Shown here: piece after piece, positions 8,375-17,727 of the stretch | How the letters are laid out: each line of letters starts with the position of its first letter | Numbering within the stretch: position 1 is the first letter of the stretch | From: a virus | Lineage: Duplodnaviria > Caudoviricetes | Length of the DNA: 28,772 bases | Virus record (IMG/VR): IMGVR_UViG_3300025429_000060 | Span: 1-28,772 of that record | Strand: one strand, 5' to 3' | Translations under genes and position numbers: made by a program | The notes under the pieces: generated by a model | Told to the model about the DNA's origin: nothing | What the model saw: the letters and a program-made list of their open reading frames with translations, nothing else | Databases searched by the model: none

Positions 8375-11233
8375 GTGAATGATTTTCTGACAACTATATT
8401 GCCCACTGAAGGGCACTACTGCACAGTCGGTATCCGTGCGGGTAAGATCAAGCAGTCGTTTCATAGGACGATTGAAGACGTTGATGAAGTTGGTATTGGG
8501 CTGAATTCCCAAGGTGTTGATGCATATTTTGCGTTGGCTTCATTCAAACTGATGTCCAAGCGGGAAGCAGATAACTCACTTTTTCTGCGCTCATTTTTTC
8601 TTGACCTAGACTGTGGGGAAGGTAAGCCGTACGCTGACCAACCCGAAGCTGCACAGGCGCTCAATGCGTTTTTGCAAGCAACTAATTTGCCAAGCCCTAC
8701 CGTGGTTAACTCGGGTAATGGGCTACATGTGTACTGGCCTCTTGATACGAATGTACCGTCTGATATTTGGTACGGCTACGCCAAGGCGCTCAAACAACTT
8801 TGCAAACAACACAACCTTTATGCTGACCCAGCGGTAACTACTGACCGCGCTCGTATCCTGCGTATTCCCGGAACGAACAACTATAAAAACGATCAAGCAC
8901 GACCTGTACAAATAATGCACCAAGGGTTAGTAACACCCTTTGAAGTGTTTACTGCGGCGCTACCGCAGCCAGCGATGGACTTGTCCTTTGCCAAGCAGTT
9001 TGGTATGGACGAAACAAGTAACGACATTGCAGGGGGTGAATACCCTAAGTCGTCATTCACAAAGATTGTTAAGCGCAGCATGGGTGAAACCGGCTGTGCA
9101 CAGATTAAAAACGCATTAGTAAACGCTGCTACGCTTGAAGAACCCCTATGGCGGGCAGCACTGTCGATCGCTGTACGTTGCGAAGACGGAGCCAAGGCTA
9201 TCCATAAGATATCCAAGGCGCACCCAAGTTATACGGCAGAAGATACTGAAGCCAAAGCTGCTGAAACTAAAGGCCCTTACACTTGCCAGTGGTATAGGGA
9301 GAATTATTCTGAAGGTTGCAAGGGTTGCAAACACTTGGTCAGTAGCCCGATCGCCCTTGGCAGAATCGTAGAAGAAACGGTTCCCGATAATGACACGTAC
9401 ATCATTGAAAAGCCAGCGGACGAAGTTACCCCTGCGATCACGCTGAGCATCCCTGCCTATCCGTTCCCATATTTCCGTGGTGCAAATGGAGGGGTATATA
9501 GAAAAGTGCAGGACAAAGACGGCAACGAAGATCAGGTTGAAATTTACCCACAAGACCTGTATCTGACTGAACGGTTCTTTGATCTGGACGAGCATGGCAC
9601 AGGCGAGGGTGAGTTGGTTGGCATCAACCTGCATATGAAGATGGACGGTGTGCGTAGGTTCTACGCCCCTGTTACCAGTTTGTTTAGCCCAGAGAAACTT
9701 AGGGACACCTTAGTCAAGAACGGGGTAGTTGTTTATGGCAAGGAGATCAATACACTTATGGCTTACTTTGCATCATCAATAAAGAAGCTGCAGGATAAAT
9801 ATGCAGCAAACCGCACCCGCAGTCAGATGGGGTGGACTCCTGACATGTCAGGCTTTGTGATCGGTGAAATCGAGTACACCCCCAGCACAACTAAGCTTGC
9901 GCCCCCGACCAGCACGACCAGACAGTTTGCTGGTTTGTTTAAACCACGTGGCACATTGGAAGAGTGGAAGAAGATCGTTAACTTCTATAACCGCCCCGAA
10001 CTTGAGTCACATGCCTTGGCGTTCTTCACAGGGTTTGGCTCACCCCTACTGCGGCTCATGGACATCAAGACTATTCGTGGTATGCAACTGCACTTGAAGT
10101 TCAACGGCTCAGGCTCGGGCAAGTCAACTGCCCAGATGGTAATTAACTCAATCTTTGGTGAGCCTGATACCCTGCTGATGAAGCAGGACGACACCATGAA
10201 TTCCAAGATGCAGATGCTTGGCATGATGAACAGCCTGTGCTTCACGATTGACGAAATCACCAATGAGACTTCAGAGAACTTGTCCTCTATGTCGTACGGG
10301 TTTAGTTCAGGCCGTGGCAAACACCGCATGGATAACCAAAGCAATAAGCTGCGGGAGAACAAGACTACATGGTGCAACTTTACTGTGACCTCAGGTAACC
10401 ACTCGGTTGTGGACGCCCTGCAACAGATCAAGAGCACTGCAGACGGTGAGTTACGCCGTGTGTTAGAACTTACGCTTAGACAATATCGGGGCGCTACAAA
10501 ACAAGAGATCGACCAAGTATTCAACAAGCTGTCAGACAACTACGGCGTGGCGGGCCCGATCTTTATTCAGCACGTCCTAGCCAACATGGATTCGATCAGG
10601 ACTGCGTTGTTTGATATGCAGCAGAAGATTGACAAGGAACTGGATATTGACCAGACCGATCGGTACTTCTCTGTTTACTTGGCTTGCTGCTTTGTGGGTG
10701 CGTTGATTGCACAGAAGTTGGGTCTGCATGAGATTGACATCCCACGGGTTTACAAGTATGCAACGAACGAAGTGCAACGTGCACGGGCTCATACCAAAGC
10801 AAGCGTTGGCGATCTCAATATCGTGGCTCAGGAAACCCTAGCGGCCTTTGTGAATGAAAACATTAATAACGTATTAGTTATTGCCAAGTCCACTGGTTCA
10901 GTTCCGCAGGCTCCGATCATCTCGCCCCGAGGTGAACTTAAAATGCGCTACTGCCCAACGACTAAGGAACTTACAATTCCCGCTGCAGAACTACGAAACT
11001 TTTTTAGTAGGAAGCAGGTGGATGTCCGTGAAAGCGTATTGCTCATGACCAAGAGTGGTTTGCTCAAGCACGAAGGCAGGTCTGTTCCAGTTCGTATTGG
11101 TTCAGGGGCGCTAGGCGGTTTGGGCGGCATCCAAGTCCGTTGCTATGTATTTGATGGAGATGCCCTTGGCTTTAAAGAATCAGCCTTCATCCCAGAAAAG
11201 CCAGAAGAAGCCGAACCAGAACTCGATATCTGA
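8375..11233 (+). CDS. Primase-helicase fusion (AEP/RepB-like primase, Cys cluster, DUF927-type P-loop helicase)
   Basis: FFLDLDC, VNSGNGLHVYW and RILRIPGT primase motifs; YTC...CKGCKH; MGW; Walker A GSGSGKST; Walker B FTIDE. GTG start. Confidence 0.88.
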   Translation: MNDFLTTILPTEGHYCTVGIRAGKIKQSFHRTIEDVDEVGIGLNSQGVDAYFALASFKLMSKREADNSLFLRSFFLDLDCGEGKPYADQPEAAQALNAFLQATNLPSPTVVNSGNGLHVYWPLDTNVPSDIWYGYAKALKQLCKQHNLYADPAVTTDRARILRIPGTNNYKNDQARPVQIMHQGLVTPFEVFTAALPQPAMDLSFAKQFGMDETSNDIAGGEYPKSSFTKIVKRSMGETGCAQIKNALVNAATLEEPLWRAALSIAVRCEDGAKAIHKISKAHPSYTAEDTEAKAAETKGPYTCQWYRENYSEGCKGCKHLVSSPIALGRIVEETVPDNDTYIIEKPADEVTPAITLSIPAYPFPYFRGANGGVYRKVQDKDGNEDQVEIYPQDLYLTERFFDLDEHGTGEGELVGINLHMKMDGVRRFYAPVTSLFSPEKLRDTLVKNGVVVYGKEINTLMAYFASSIKKLQDKYAANRTRSQMGWTPDMSGFVIGEIEYTPSTTKLAPPTSTTRQFAGLFKPRGTLEEWKKIVNFYNRPELESHALAFFTGFGSPLLRLMDIKTIRGMQLHLKFNGSGSGKSTAQMVINSIFGEPDTLLMKQDDTMNSKMQMLGMMNSLCFTIDEITNETSENLSSMSYGFSSGRGKHRMDNQSNKLRENKTTWCNFTVTSGNHSVVDALQQIKSTADGELRRVLELTLRQYRGATKQEIDQVFNKLSDNYGVAGPIFIQHVLANMDSIRTALFDMQQKIDKELDIDQTDRYFSVYLACCFVGALIAQKLGLHEIDIPRVYKYATNEVQRARAHTKASVGDLNIVAQETLAAFVNENINNVLVIAKSTGSVPQAPIISPRGELKMRYCPTTKELTIPAAELRNFFSRKQVDVRESVLLMTKSGLLKHEGRSVPVRIGSGALGGLGGIQVRCYVFDGDALGFKESAFIPEKPEEAEPELDI

Positions 11234-11438
11234 GGTACTGGTTGTACAAGGAACACCGTTCTTTATACCGTGGGGGCAACTGGGCCCCCACAACTCTTTC
11301 TTCCTGCCGACAACTGCAACTCCTAAGCAGGTGCTAGAAGCACTGCAACCGGTAACTGCGGCTCTAGGCTATGAGTTTGATGCCCGCCCCCGATGCGAAT
11401 ACGATCGCTATGGGGTACGGGTCTGGCGTACTTACTGA
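11145..11438 (+). CDS. Small phage hypothetical protein (possible DNA binding); start uncertain
   Basis: C-terminal SFFLP...YGVRVWRT pattern. It fills the gap to the convergent gene. Alternative ATGs at 11154 and 11160. Confidence 0.6.
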   Translation: MYLMEMPLALKNQPSSQKSQKKPNQNSISEVLVVQGTPFFIPWGQLGPHNSFFLPTTATPKQVLEALQPVTAALGYEFDARPRCEYDRYGVRVWRTY

Positions 11439-14400
11439 CGCACCATCTTCTCGGCTTCACGCACCCAGCCGACCATCTCATTCCTAGTCCGAGCCAACTC
11501 AGTCAGTTGGCGTTGGCGCTCTGCCATGTTGGGTTCAATCTCAGCACCACGGGGGCTCTTGAGGATGTTTTCATACTGGCGGATTTTAGATAGCTGAGAC
11601 AGCGCATGTTGCACGGGCTTAGCCAAAGCCAACTCTTGCTGGTGATCTTGTGCAAACTGCATGGCCTTTTCGGGGTCACGCTTGGTCAAGTCTTGCAAAG
11701 TCTTCAGGACAGGTAACGTACGTTCTTGCAAGTTATAGAACTCATCCACGGGGTTGGACAAGTTGGACTCATCGTAAGCGTAGCCGCTGATGCCCATCCA
11801 TTTAGACATGGGGCGATCGACCGAGCCGGGATTCAGCATAGAGTCCGTCAGCAAATTGACGACTGCAGGGACAGCACCGAAGTAACCGTTAACCGCTTGG
11901 TCAATCTTGATCGGGGAAATATCTAAACCGAACTGGCCTTTGGTGAACTCATAGATTGCATTGGACAGAGCCTTGGCAGGGAACGATGTCGCATTGTTCT
12001 GGCGCTCGTGGGGCATCAGGGTCTGCTGGTACGTACCTTCCAGTTCGCGCCCAGTTAAGAACGAATGGTTAGTAACAATTTCAAGCAGGGGGCGTACGGC
12101 CAGCGGTATGGGGGCTGCAGCAACACGTTCACCAGTTTGTGACCATGCGTAAGCCATAGCGGTTTTCACTGCTTCGCTTGCCAGTTGTTCCTCAGGTGTG
12201 CCTTGACGGTGGAAGTAACCCACTGCGTTTTCAATAGCAACTTTAGCAATAGCCATGTCGCCCCGAATTGGGATGCGAACTCCATCACCCACAACCCAGT
12301 TATTGTCCCGCATACGGCGGTTCATCTTCTCGTACTCTTCATCCCCACTCTTAGCCATTGCATAGGCCAGAGCCATACCTGCGTAGATTGCCATGTTCTT
12401 ACGGAACAAAGCTTTAGCAGCATCACGGCTCAAACCACTGGGTGCATCCACTCCGGTGGCTGCACGGTACATAATGTCCAAAGACTGTGCAGTAGAGTTT
12501 AAGAACGGCACAACCGACACCAAGTCGCGCATCAGCGTGTTAGCCCCGGCGTTACGGAAGTTGATTAACTCACGGGCTTTTTGTGTAGCCATGAGCGAGT
12601 CCTTGCTCTTACGGAACTCATCGTCGTACAGAGCTTTACGAACTGCCAAGTCTGAACCATGTGTTATGCGCTCAAGGCGATGAACCAAGTTAGCAACTGG
12701 GCCGCGAGTGCGGATACCCATGCCGTACATCATAGCCTCGCCGGGGTTGTATGAGGTGTAATCAACTTCACCTGCTAGCCCCATGTTGCGCATCTGGCGC
12801 TCCATATCATGCACTTTGGATGTGCGACCAGTCAGGTCTCCGGCATAGCCCTTCAATTCATGGAAGGTTAACCTACCAAAGTTGCCAAACGACTCAGCAA
12901 TAAATCGTGCTGGGTTATGGACGTTAGATGTTATCAATGCGCCTTGCACGTCTTCAAACACCTGCTTGGCTGCAAACGCTGGGTTGGCAGTCACAAACTT
13001 ACGGGTCACTGGGGCGACCTTACCCATTGCAGCTACGTACCAACGTTTTGGTGCAGCTTTATCAACGAAGGGCAACGCATCGTATGCAGACGGTAAGTCC
13101 ACAAACTCTTTAACACCCTTGCGGTAGATTGGCGCAGTGTAGCCAGTTTGGGAGTTAGCCTCATTCATGCCAATGTTTTTGCCGATACCCAAATCGACCA
13201 GCGTGTCCAGCATGTGCGAGTTGGCGTTCTGTTTGGAAACTTGGTCAACCATCCAGCCCATTGTCTTGTAGTAATTCTCAAAGACGTTACCGACTGAGCG
13301 TTCATAAGAACCAATTAATTTTGGCAAGGCCCCCAGTTGGGCCAGACCTTTACGGCCTGTGCGTTTAGAACCTGTAAAGGTTTTAGCAAATGCTTCAATG
13401 TTTTTACCTTCACGGTCAAACGGCACGTAGTGCGACACTTCACGCCAAACTTTGGCATCATGCTCGTTTAAACGCCCAGTTTTTTCCATCAGGTCAACCA
13501 ACCGGATACGGAAATCATCCATGATCTTGTTGATCTTCTGCAGTTCTGGGCTGTTACGGTAAGCAGTCTCAGCGTCCTTGATCTTGGCAGTATTAAAACT
13601 ACCATCAGCATTTCGCCAGCCTTTATGGATAACAAACTCCGTGCCTTGGGTGGCATTTTGCTTAATTAAATCTGCAACCCGCAAACCTTCAAGGATGTGG
13701 CTTGCGTTGGCGTAGGCGGTTTCATAATCCCGGCCTGTTGCAGCAGCGTAGTCCTTGACATGGTTCAGGATATCTTTAGGTTTCCCAGCGGCGTCCGTGA
13801 CTTCCAACTGGCGGGTCACTGGGTTGATTTCCAAACCGCCACGCTCAAAGATGGGCTGCAGCATACGGTCTGTATCCTTAGCCTGCTGCACGGTAATCCG
13901 TGGGTCGGCCTTGCCTAGCTTAGCCATCATGCCTTGGTCATAGGCTTCTTGGATGCGGTTCTTCACTGACGCATAGGCGTCCGTAACTTGCGTCCGAACT
14001 TTTGTGATAGTACCGATTTCTTTAGGGCCAGTTAGCGCTGTTTTTGAGCCTTGGTACATCGACTTGACTGCACCAATTGCACTGGTTTCTTTTGGCTTCA
14101 GATACGCAGCATCGCGCTCAATGCTTGCAGGCACGGCTTGCTTAACTACAGAATTACGTGATGTGTTTGGTGATGCTTCACCTTTAGGTTTAAATAATGC
14201 TTCTTTAAGGAACGCAGCTTTAGCTAACGTACCAATTTGATCGGGTGTAAAGTGTTGGACACCAAAGTTTGTACCCATTACTCGGTTAAGTGCGCTAACC
14301 GTAAGGGCTTTGATTCGGTCCCACAAAACACGTAAGGGGCCTACTTTTGGCAGCGAACCATTTTGTTCTGAGTTAAGCAATTCTTCAACAAAGTAAGCAA

Positions 14401-17400
14401 GGTGTTCATCCCTACCAACTTCAGCGCCCCGTGCTAAATCTGATTCTGGAATTCGGGTAAATGCTTTTTGTGCTAATTTGCGTTCTGCACTGCCTTTTGG
14501 CGCATCAACTAAAGCTTGTATGCGATCAATTATGCTTTCATACGCTTTGTCCCCAAGCAGCTTCTTCATACCCATGTGTGCTGCTACTTCATGCAGTATT
14601 GTGGGGAACTCAAGCCCTTTAGAAATAGGTTTGGCATACAGCGTAACTGTTTTACCGTCAAACGTACCGCCTCGATGTGGGTCATCAGGGTGTTCAGCTT
14701 CAAGTTTTAGCTTACCTGTTGCCATTAATCGGCGCAAAGCAAAACCAAAAATTCCTTTTTTATTTTTAATATAGTCTTGGAATTCTTCTAGGGTCTGACC
14801 TTCTTTGCCTTCTGGGGCTACAGAATTACGGCTAGCAAGTTGCCGTTTGCGTTCCGCAAGTTCGTTAATGGCTTCTTCTTTAGTATCGCCAAGGTAGCTA
14901 TTTTCTAAGGTTTCGTTGGCATCATGCCAACCTGCAAACCCATCAGATTCTTTATTGTTTAGTCGAGCAATTTGATGTGTACTGCCATCCGGTAACGTAA
15001 CTTCAGTAAGTTTTTTACCCTGCATACTTGGGTTTACTGCAGTGGGCTTGGGAGCAGCTTCAGGGGCAGCTTGTACTTTGGCAGCTTCTGCTTGGCGCTG
15101 TTCATCCGTAGGCTCTGCGGGGTGGTATTTGTTAAGGTAGTCCTCTACCAAGTTCATCTTACCGTTATGTGCGTCATCCGTTTGGGTAGAAGTTTTATCA
15201 AGGTTATCCATGTGCTCAAACGCTGCGCGTTTTTGAGCTTTACTTGCAGTTTGGTCATTGATAACTTGCTGCAGACGGTCACGAATACCCGCTTCGCGGT
15301 CACCGCCCCTAAGGGTTACAGTTTGAATAGCCGGAGATTGTGTGGATGTGGAAGTGGTAGTACCTGTTTGTTTAAACAAATTTGGGAATAATTCTGCTGC
15401 GTCCGAACCTGCCCATTCCCTAGCACGCTGCTTAGCCGCTGCTAAAACTTCACTTTCATTAAATCCTTTTTCTCTAGCAATATTTATTGCATGACGTACA
15501 GCGCCGTACTCAGGCGAACCAATGTATTCAGCTTGATCCGAATTTATTAACATTAGGCCAATTGAATTGCCTAATGCTTTGGCTGAAGAATCGTCTAACC
15601 TATTTCTTGCGTCAATATGCGCCCCAATTTCTTCTTCGTTGACCCCTTTAAATACAGAAGAATCTCTTTCAAGGGCCTCAGTAGCATTTTTATCCCACCA
15701 AGCATTTCGTTGGCGGTTGTTCATCTTGTCGTACGCTTCAGCCGCCTCGGGGCCAAAATGTTTGCCGATTGCGGCCAAATCTAATGCATGATTTGTTGTG
15801 TTTGCATTTTCAAGAGTTTGTTGCAGCTCATTAGTGCCCATGTGCGCATAGTTTGGTTTTTGCGCTGTTAATGCACCGGACTGTGGTCCTTCTCCGACAA
15901 CAGGTTTTCCAGCAGGTTGCTGAGCAACTGCCACTCCACTGGGTTCAACTCCGGCAGGCTTTGCGGTGGTGGTTCCTGTATCGGGCTGGCTAGCCACGAC
16001 AGCGCTTGTTCCAGTTGATTCACTGACAGGTTTTGCAACATTTTCGGCTTCCTTATATGGTGCTACCTCAGGTGCGGGGTTAAGCAGTTCTTTCAAGACT
16101 TGTGCACGCTGCCCTTTACCGCTCAGCAGGGTTGGGTCTTTTTTAACCATATCCTGAACTTCTGGCAGCGTGCGACCAACGATATTATCTTGCATCCACC
16201 TAGCTACGCCCGGACCATGTTCCACCCCAGTATTTGTGATGTCCTCAGGTTTAATGATCATTTCCCCCAACGTTTTGGTTGGGAGTGGTTGGGGTACGGG
16301 AAGGTCTGCGGGCTTAATTTGGTTCCGCAAGGGCGCTTTGTACTGATACTGGTTAGGCTGCACAGCAATAGGTGCTTGCGGCGTTTGTGGGGGTACAGTA
16401 GCTAAAGGCGTTGTGGGGGGCGCTTCTGTAGGCAGGTTTTGGTCTGCAAATAAATCACCCTGAACCCGAGGACCCGCAGGTTGTGCAGCCTGAATGGACG
16501 CTTGGGTTTCTGGTTCTGTGCGGGACAGAATACGTTGGTTTGGCTGGGTAAAAGCGCTACCCGCTGCTTTTTGTGCGTCAGCTTGTTCTTGCTGTTGTTG
16601 GGTACGTTCTTGTTGGAGCGCAGCAATGTCACGGTCTTTAATGTGATCTGCAATCAGTGCGGCACGGGTTTGAACTTCAGGGGTTTGTTCCTGTGAACGC
16701 AGGCTAGCCAGCTCTTTATGCAGGTCCGCATAGGAGGTGTTGGGGTCAACTTTAGCCAGTGGGTCTGTAGGTTTAATCTCAGGTGCAATGTCGCCCTCAG
16801 TCTTTTGGACTTCCTTGACATTGGGGTGCAAGAACTTAGCACCAGCACCAAAGGCAGCGCCAGAGATAGCCCCCGTTAGACCTGCACCGAGGACGCCTTG
16901 ACCTGTTGGGGTTTGATAACCTGCGCCTGTAAGTGCTTGATTTTGCAGTGCTTGTTGTTGGGCGCTTTGTGCGCCCATAGCAGTGGCTTCTTTTGCTGCA
17001 GACTTAGTGTAGGAATCAACCGCCTTTTCAGCAACTTCTTGCCCCAGACGCTTACGGATAGCAGCATTTGCTGTTTGGGCAGCACCAGCTACCGCAGAAC
17101 CAATACCTAAACCTGCTGCAGTTGCAATGCCCAGTGGGTGCTCAGAATACGACTGTTCTTTGTCCGCTTTAGCGCGGGCAACTTCTTCAGAATCCCCAGC
17201 AGCACGACTAGCGTTGTACACCGAGTCATAGATAGCGCCTTTAGCACTACCTGCACCCATAGCTGCACCAGCACCGGTCAAAGCAGCACGAGCAGCTAAG
17301 GACTCGCCACCCCCAAGAATAAATGGAGCCGCAGCACCGCCTAAACCGGCCAGAGTTTCCAGTGGGGCTTCTTTAAACGCCCCAAGATATGCACTAGCCA

Positions 17401-17725
17401 TCTTGCCATAGTCACCGGACTTATTGGCTTCTTCTTCAATTTGTCGGCGGCGGGCAATTTCAGCTTTACGCTCTGGGGTCTTGGCCTCTTCTAGATATTG
17501 TTCAGCTTCGCCTAGCTTGCGGGAAACGTAGTTATTTGCGCCAAAAACATCCGTTAAGCTTTTAGCCGCCCCAGTAAACCCAGAAAGTGCGGCAAGACCT
17601 AAGTTGGGCGCAGAGAACCCTGCGGGGGTTTGGGCTTTAACTTCGTCAAATTGGTCGAATGGATTTGCGGTAGCTTTAGTAGGTCGTGCAGGGGGATCAA
17701 ACTGGTCAAATGGGTTTGTCGCCAT
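11432..17725 (-). CDS. Giant internal virion/ejection protein, polyvalent type (zincin-like HExxxH domain; C-terminal LPD38-like domain)
   Basis: 2097 aa. Two N-terminal NPFDQFD motifs, Gly/Ala hydrophobic segments, TILHEVAAH...DEHLAY, and a C-terminal PLLEIVTNHSFLTGREL...ISPIKIDQAVNGYFG resembling LPD38 (recognised by eye). Confidence 0.8.
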   Translation of the reverse strand: MATNPFDQFDPPARPTKATANPFDQFDEVKAQTPAGFSAPNLGLAALSGFTGAAKSLTDVFGANNYVSRKLGEAEQYLEEAKTPERKAEIARRRQIEEEANKSGDYGKMASAYLGAFKEAPLETLAGLGGAAAPFILGGGESLAARAALTGAGAAMGAGSAKGAIYDSVYNASRAAGDSEEVARAKADKEQSYSEHPLGIATAAGLGIGSAVAGAAQTANAAIRKRLGQEVAEKAVDSYTKSAAKEATAMGAQSAQQQALQNQALTGAGYQTPTGQGVLGAGLTGAISGAAFGAGAKFLHPNVKEVQKTEGDIAPEIKPTDPLAKVDPNTSYADLHKELASLRSQEQTPEVQTRAALIADHIKDRDIAALQQERTQQQQEQADAQKAAGSAFTQPNQRILSRTEPETQASIQAAQPAGPRVQGDLFADQNLPTEAPPTTPLATVPPQTPQAPIAVQPNQYQYKAPLRNQIKPADLPVPQPLPTKTLGEMIIKPEDITNTGVEHGPGVARWMQDNIVGRTLPEVQDMVKKDPTLLSGKGQRAQVLKELLNPAPEVAPYKEAENVAKPVSESTGTSAVVASQPDTGTTTAKPAGVEPSGVAVAQQPAGKPVVGEGPQSGALTAQKPNYAHMGTNELQQTLENANTTNHALDLAAIGKHFGPEAAEAYDKMNNRQRNAWWDKNATEALERDSSVFKGVNEEEIGAHIDARNRLDDSSAKALGNSIGLMLINSDQAEYIGSPEYGAVRHAINIAREKGFNESEVLAAAKQRAREWAGSDAAELFPNLFKQTGTTTSTSTQSPAIQTVTLRGGDREAGIRDRLQQVINDQTASKAQKRAAFEHMDNLDKTSTQTDDAHNGKMNLVEDYLNKYHPAEPTDEQRQAEAAKVQAAPEAAPKPTAVNPSMQGKKLTEVTLPDGSTHQIARLNNKESDGFAGWHDANETLENSYLGDTKEEAINELAERKRQLASRNSVAPEGKEGQTLEEFQDYIKNKKGIFGFALRRLMATGKLKLEAEHPDDPHRGGTFDGKTVTLYAKPISKGLEFPTILHEVAAHMGMKKLLGDKAYESIIDRIQALVDAPKGSAERKLAQKAFTRIPESDLARGAEVGRDEHLAYFVEELLNSEQNGSLPKVGPLRVLWDRIKALTVSALNRVMGTNFGVQHFTPDQIGTLAKAAFLKEALFKPKGEASPNTSRNSVVKQAVPASIERDAAYLKPKETSAIGAVKSMYQGSKTALTGPKEIGTITKVRTQVTDAYASVKNRIQEAYDQGMMAKLGKADPRITVQQAKDTDRMLQPIFERGGLEINPVTRQLEVTDAAGKPKDILNHVKDYAAATGRDYETAYANASHILEGLRVADLIKQNATQGTEFVIHKGWRNADGSFNTAKIKDAETAYRNSPELQKINKIMDDFRIRLVDLMEKTGRLNEHDAKVWREVSHYVPFDREGKNIEAFAKTFTGSKRTGRKGLAQLGALPKLIGSYERSVGNVFENYYKTMGWMVDQVSKQNANSHMLDTLVDLGIGKNIGMNEANSQTGYTAPIYRKGVKEFVDLPSAYDALPFVDKAAPKRWYVAAMGKVAPVTRKFVTANPAFAAKQVFEDVQGALITSNVHNPARFIAESFGNFGRLTFHELKGYAGDLTGRTSKVHDMERQMRNMGLAGEVDYTSYNPGEAMMYGMGIRTRGPVANLVHRLERITHGSDLAVRKALYDDEFRKSKDSLMATQKARELINFRNAGANTLMRDLVSVVPFLNSTAQSLDIMYRAATGVDAPSGLSRDAAKALFRKNMAIYAGMALAYAMAKSGDEEYEKMNRRMRDNNWVVGDGVRIPIRGDMAIAKVAIENAVGYFHRQGTPEEQLASEAVKTAMAYAWSQTGERVAAAPIPLAVRPLLEIVTNHSFLTGRELEGTYQQTLMPHERQNNATSFPAKALSNAIYEFTKGQFGLDISPIKIDQAVNGYFGAVPAVVNLLTDSMLNPGSVDRPMSKWMGISGYAYDESNLSNPVDEFYNLQERTLPVLKTLQDLTKRDPEKAMQFAQDHQQELALAKPVQHALSQLSKIRQYENILKSPRGAEIEPNMAERQRQLTELARTRNEMVGWVREAEKMVRQ
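15868..16041 (-). CDS. Nested overprinted 57-aa protein (+1 frame inside the 2097-aa gene)
   Basis: The minus strand reads TAAGGAAGCCGAAA-ATG, then MLQNLSVNQLEQALSWLASPIQEPPPQSLPELNPVEWQLLSNLLENLLSEKDHSPVH*, which looks like an amphipathic helix-Pro linker-helix. Confidence 0.6.
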   Translation of the reverse strand: MLQNLSVNQLEQALSWLASPIQEPPPQSLPELNPVEWQLLSNLLENLLSEKDHSPVH

Positions 17726-17727
17726 GA

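Noticed and set aside
16402-17085. Other same-strand alternate-frame ORFs inside the giant gene
   Set aside because: Unlike 15868..16041, I saw no clear SD-ATG and the composition looks like frame shadow (K/L/R-rich).
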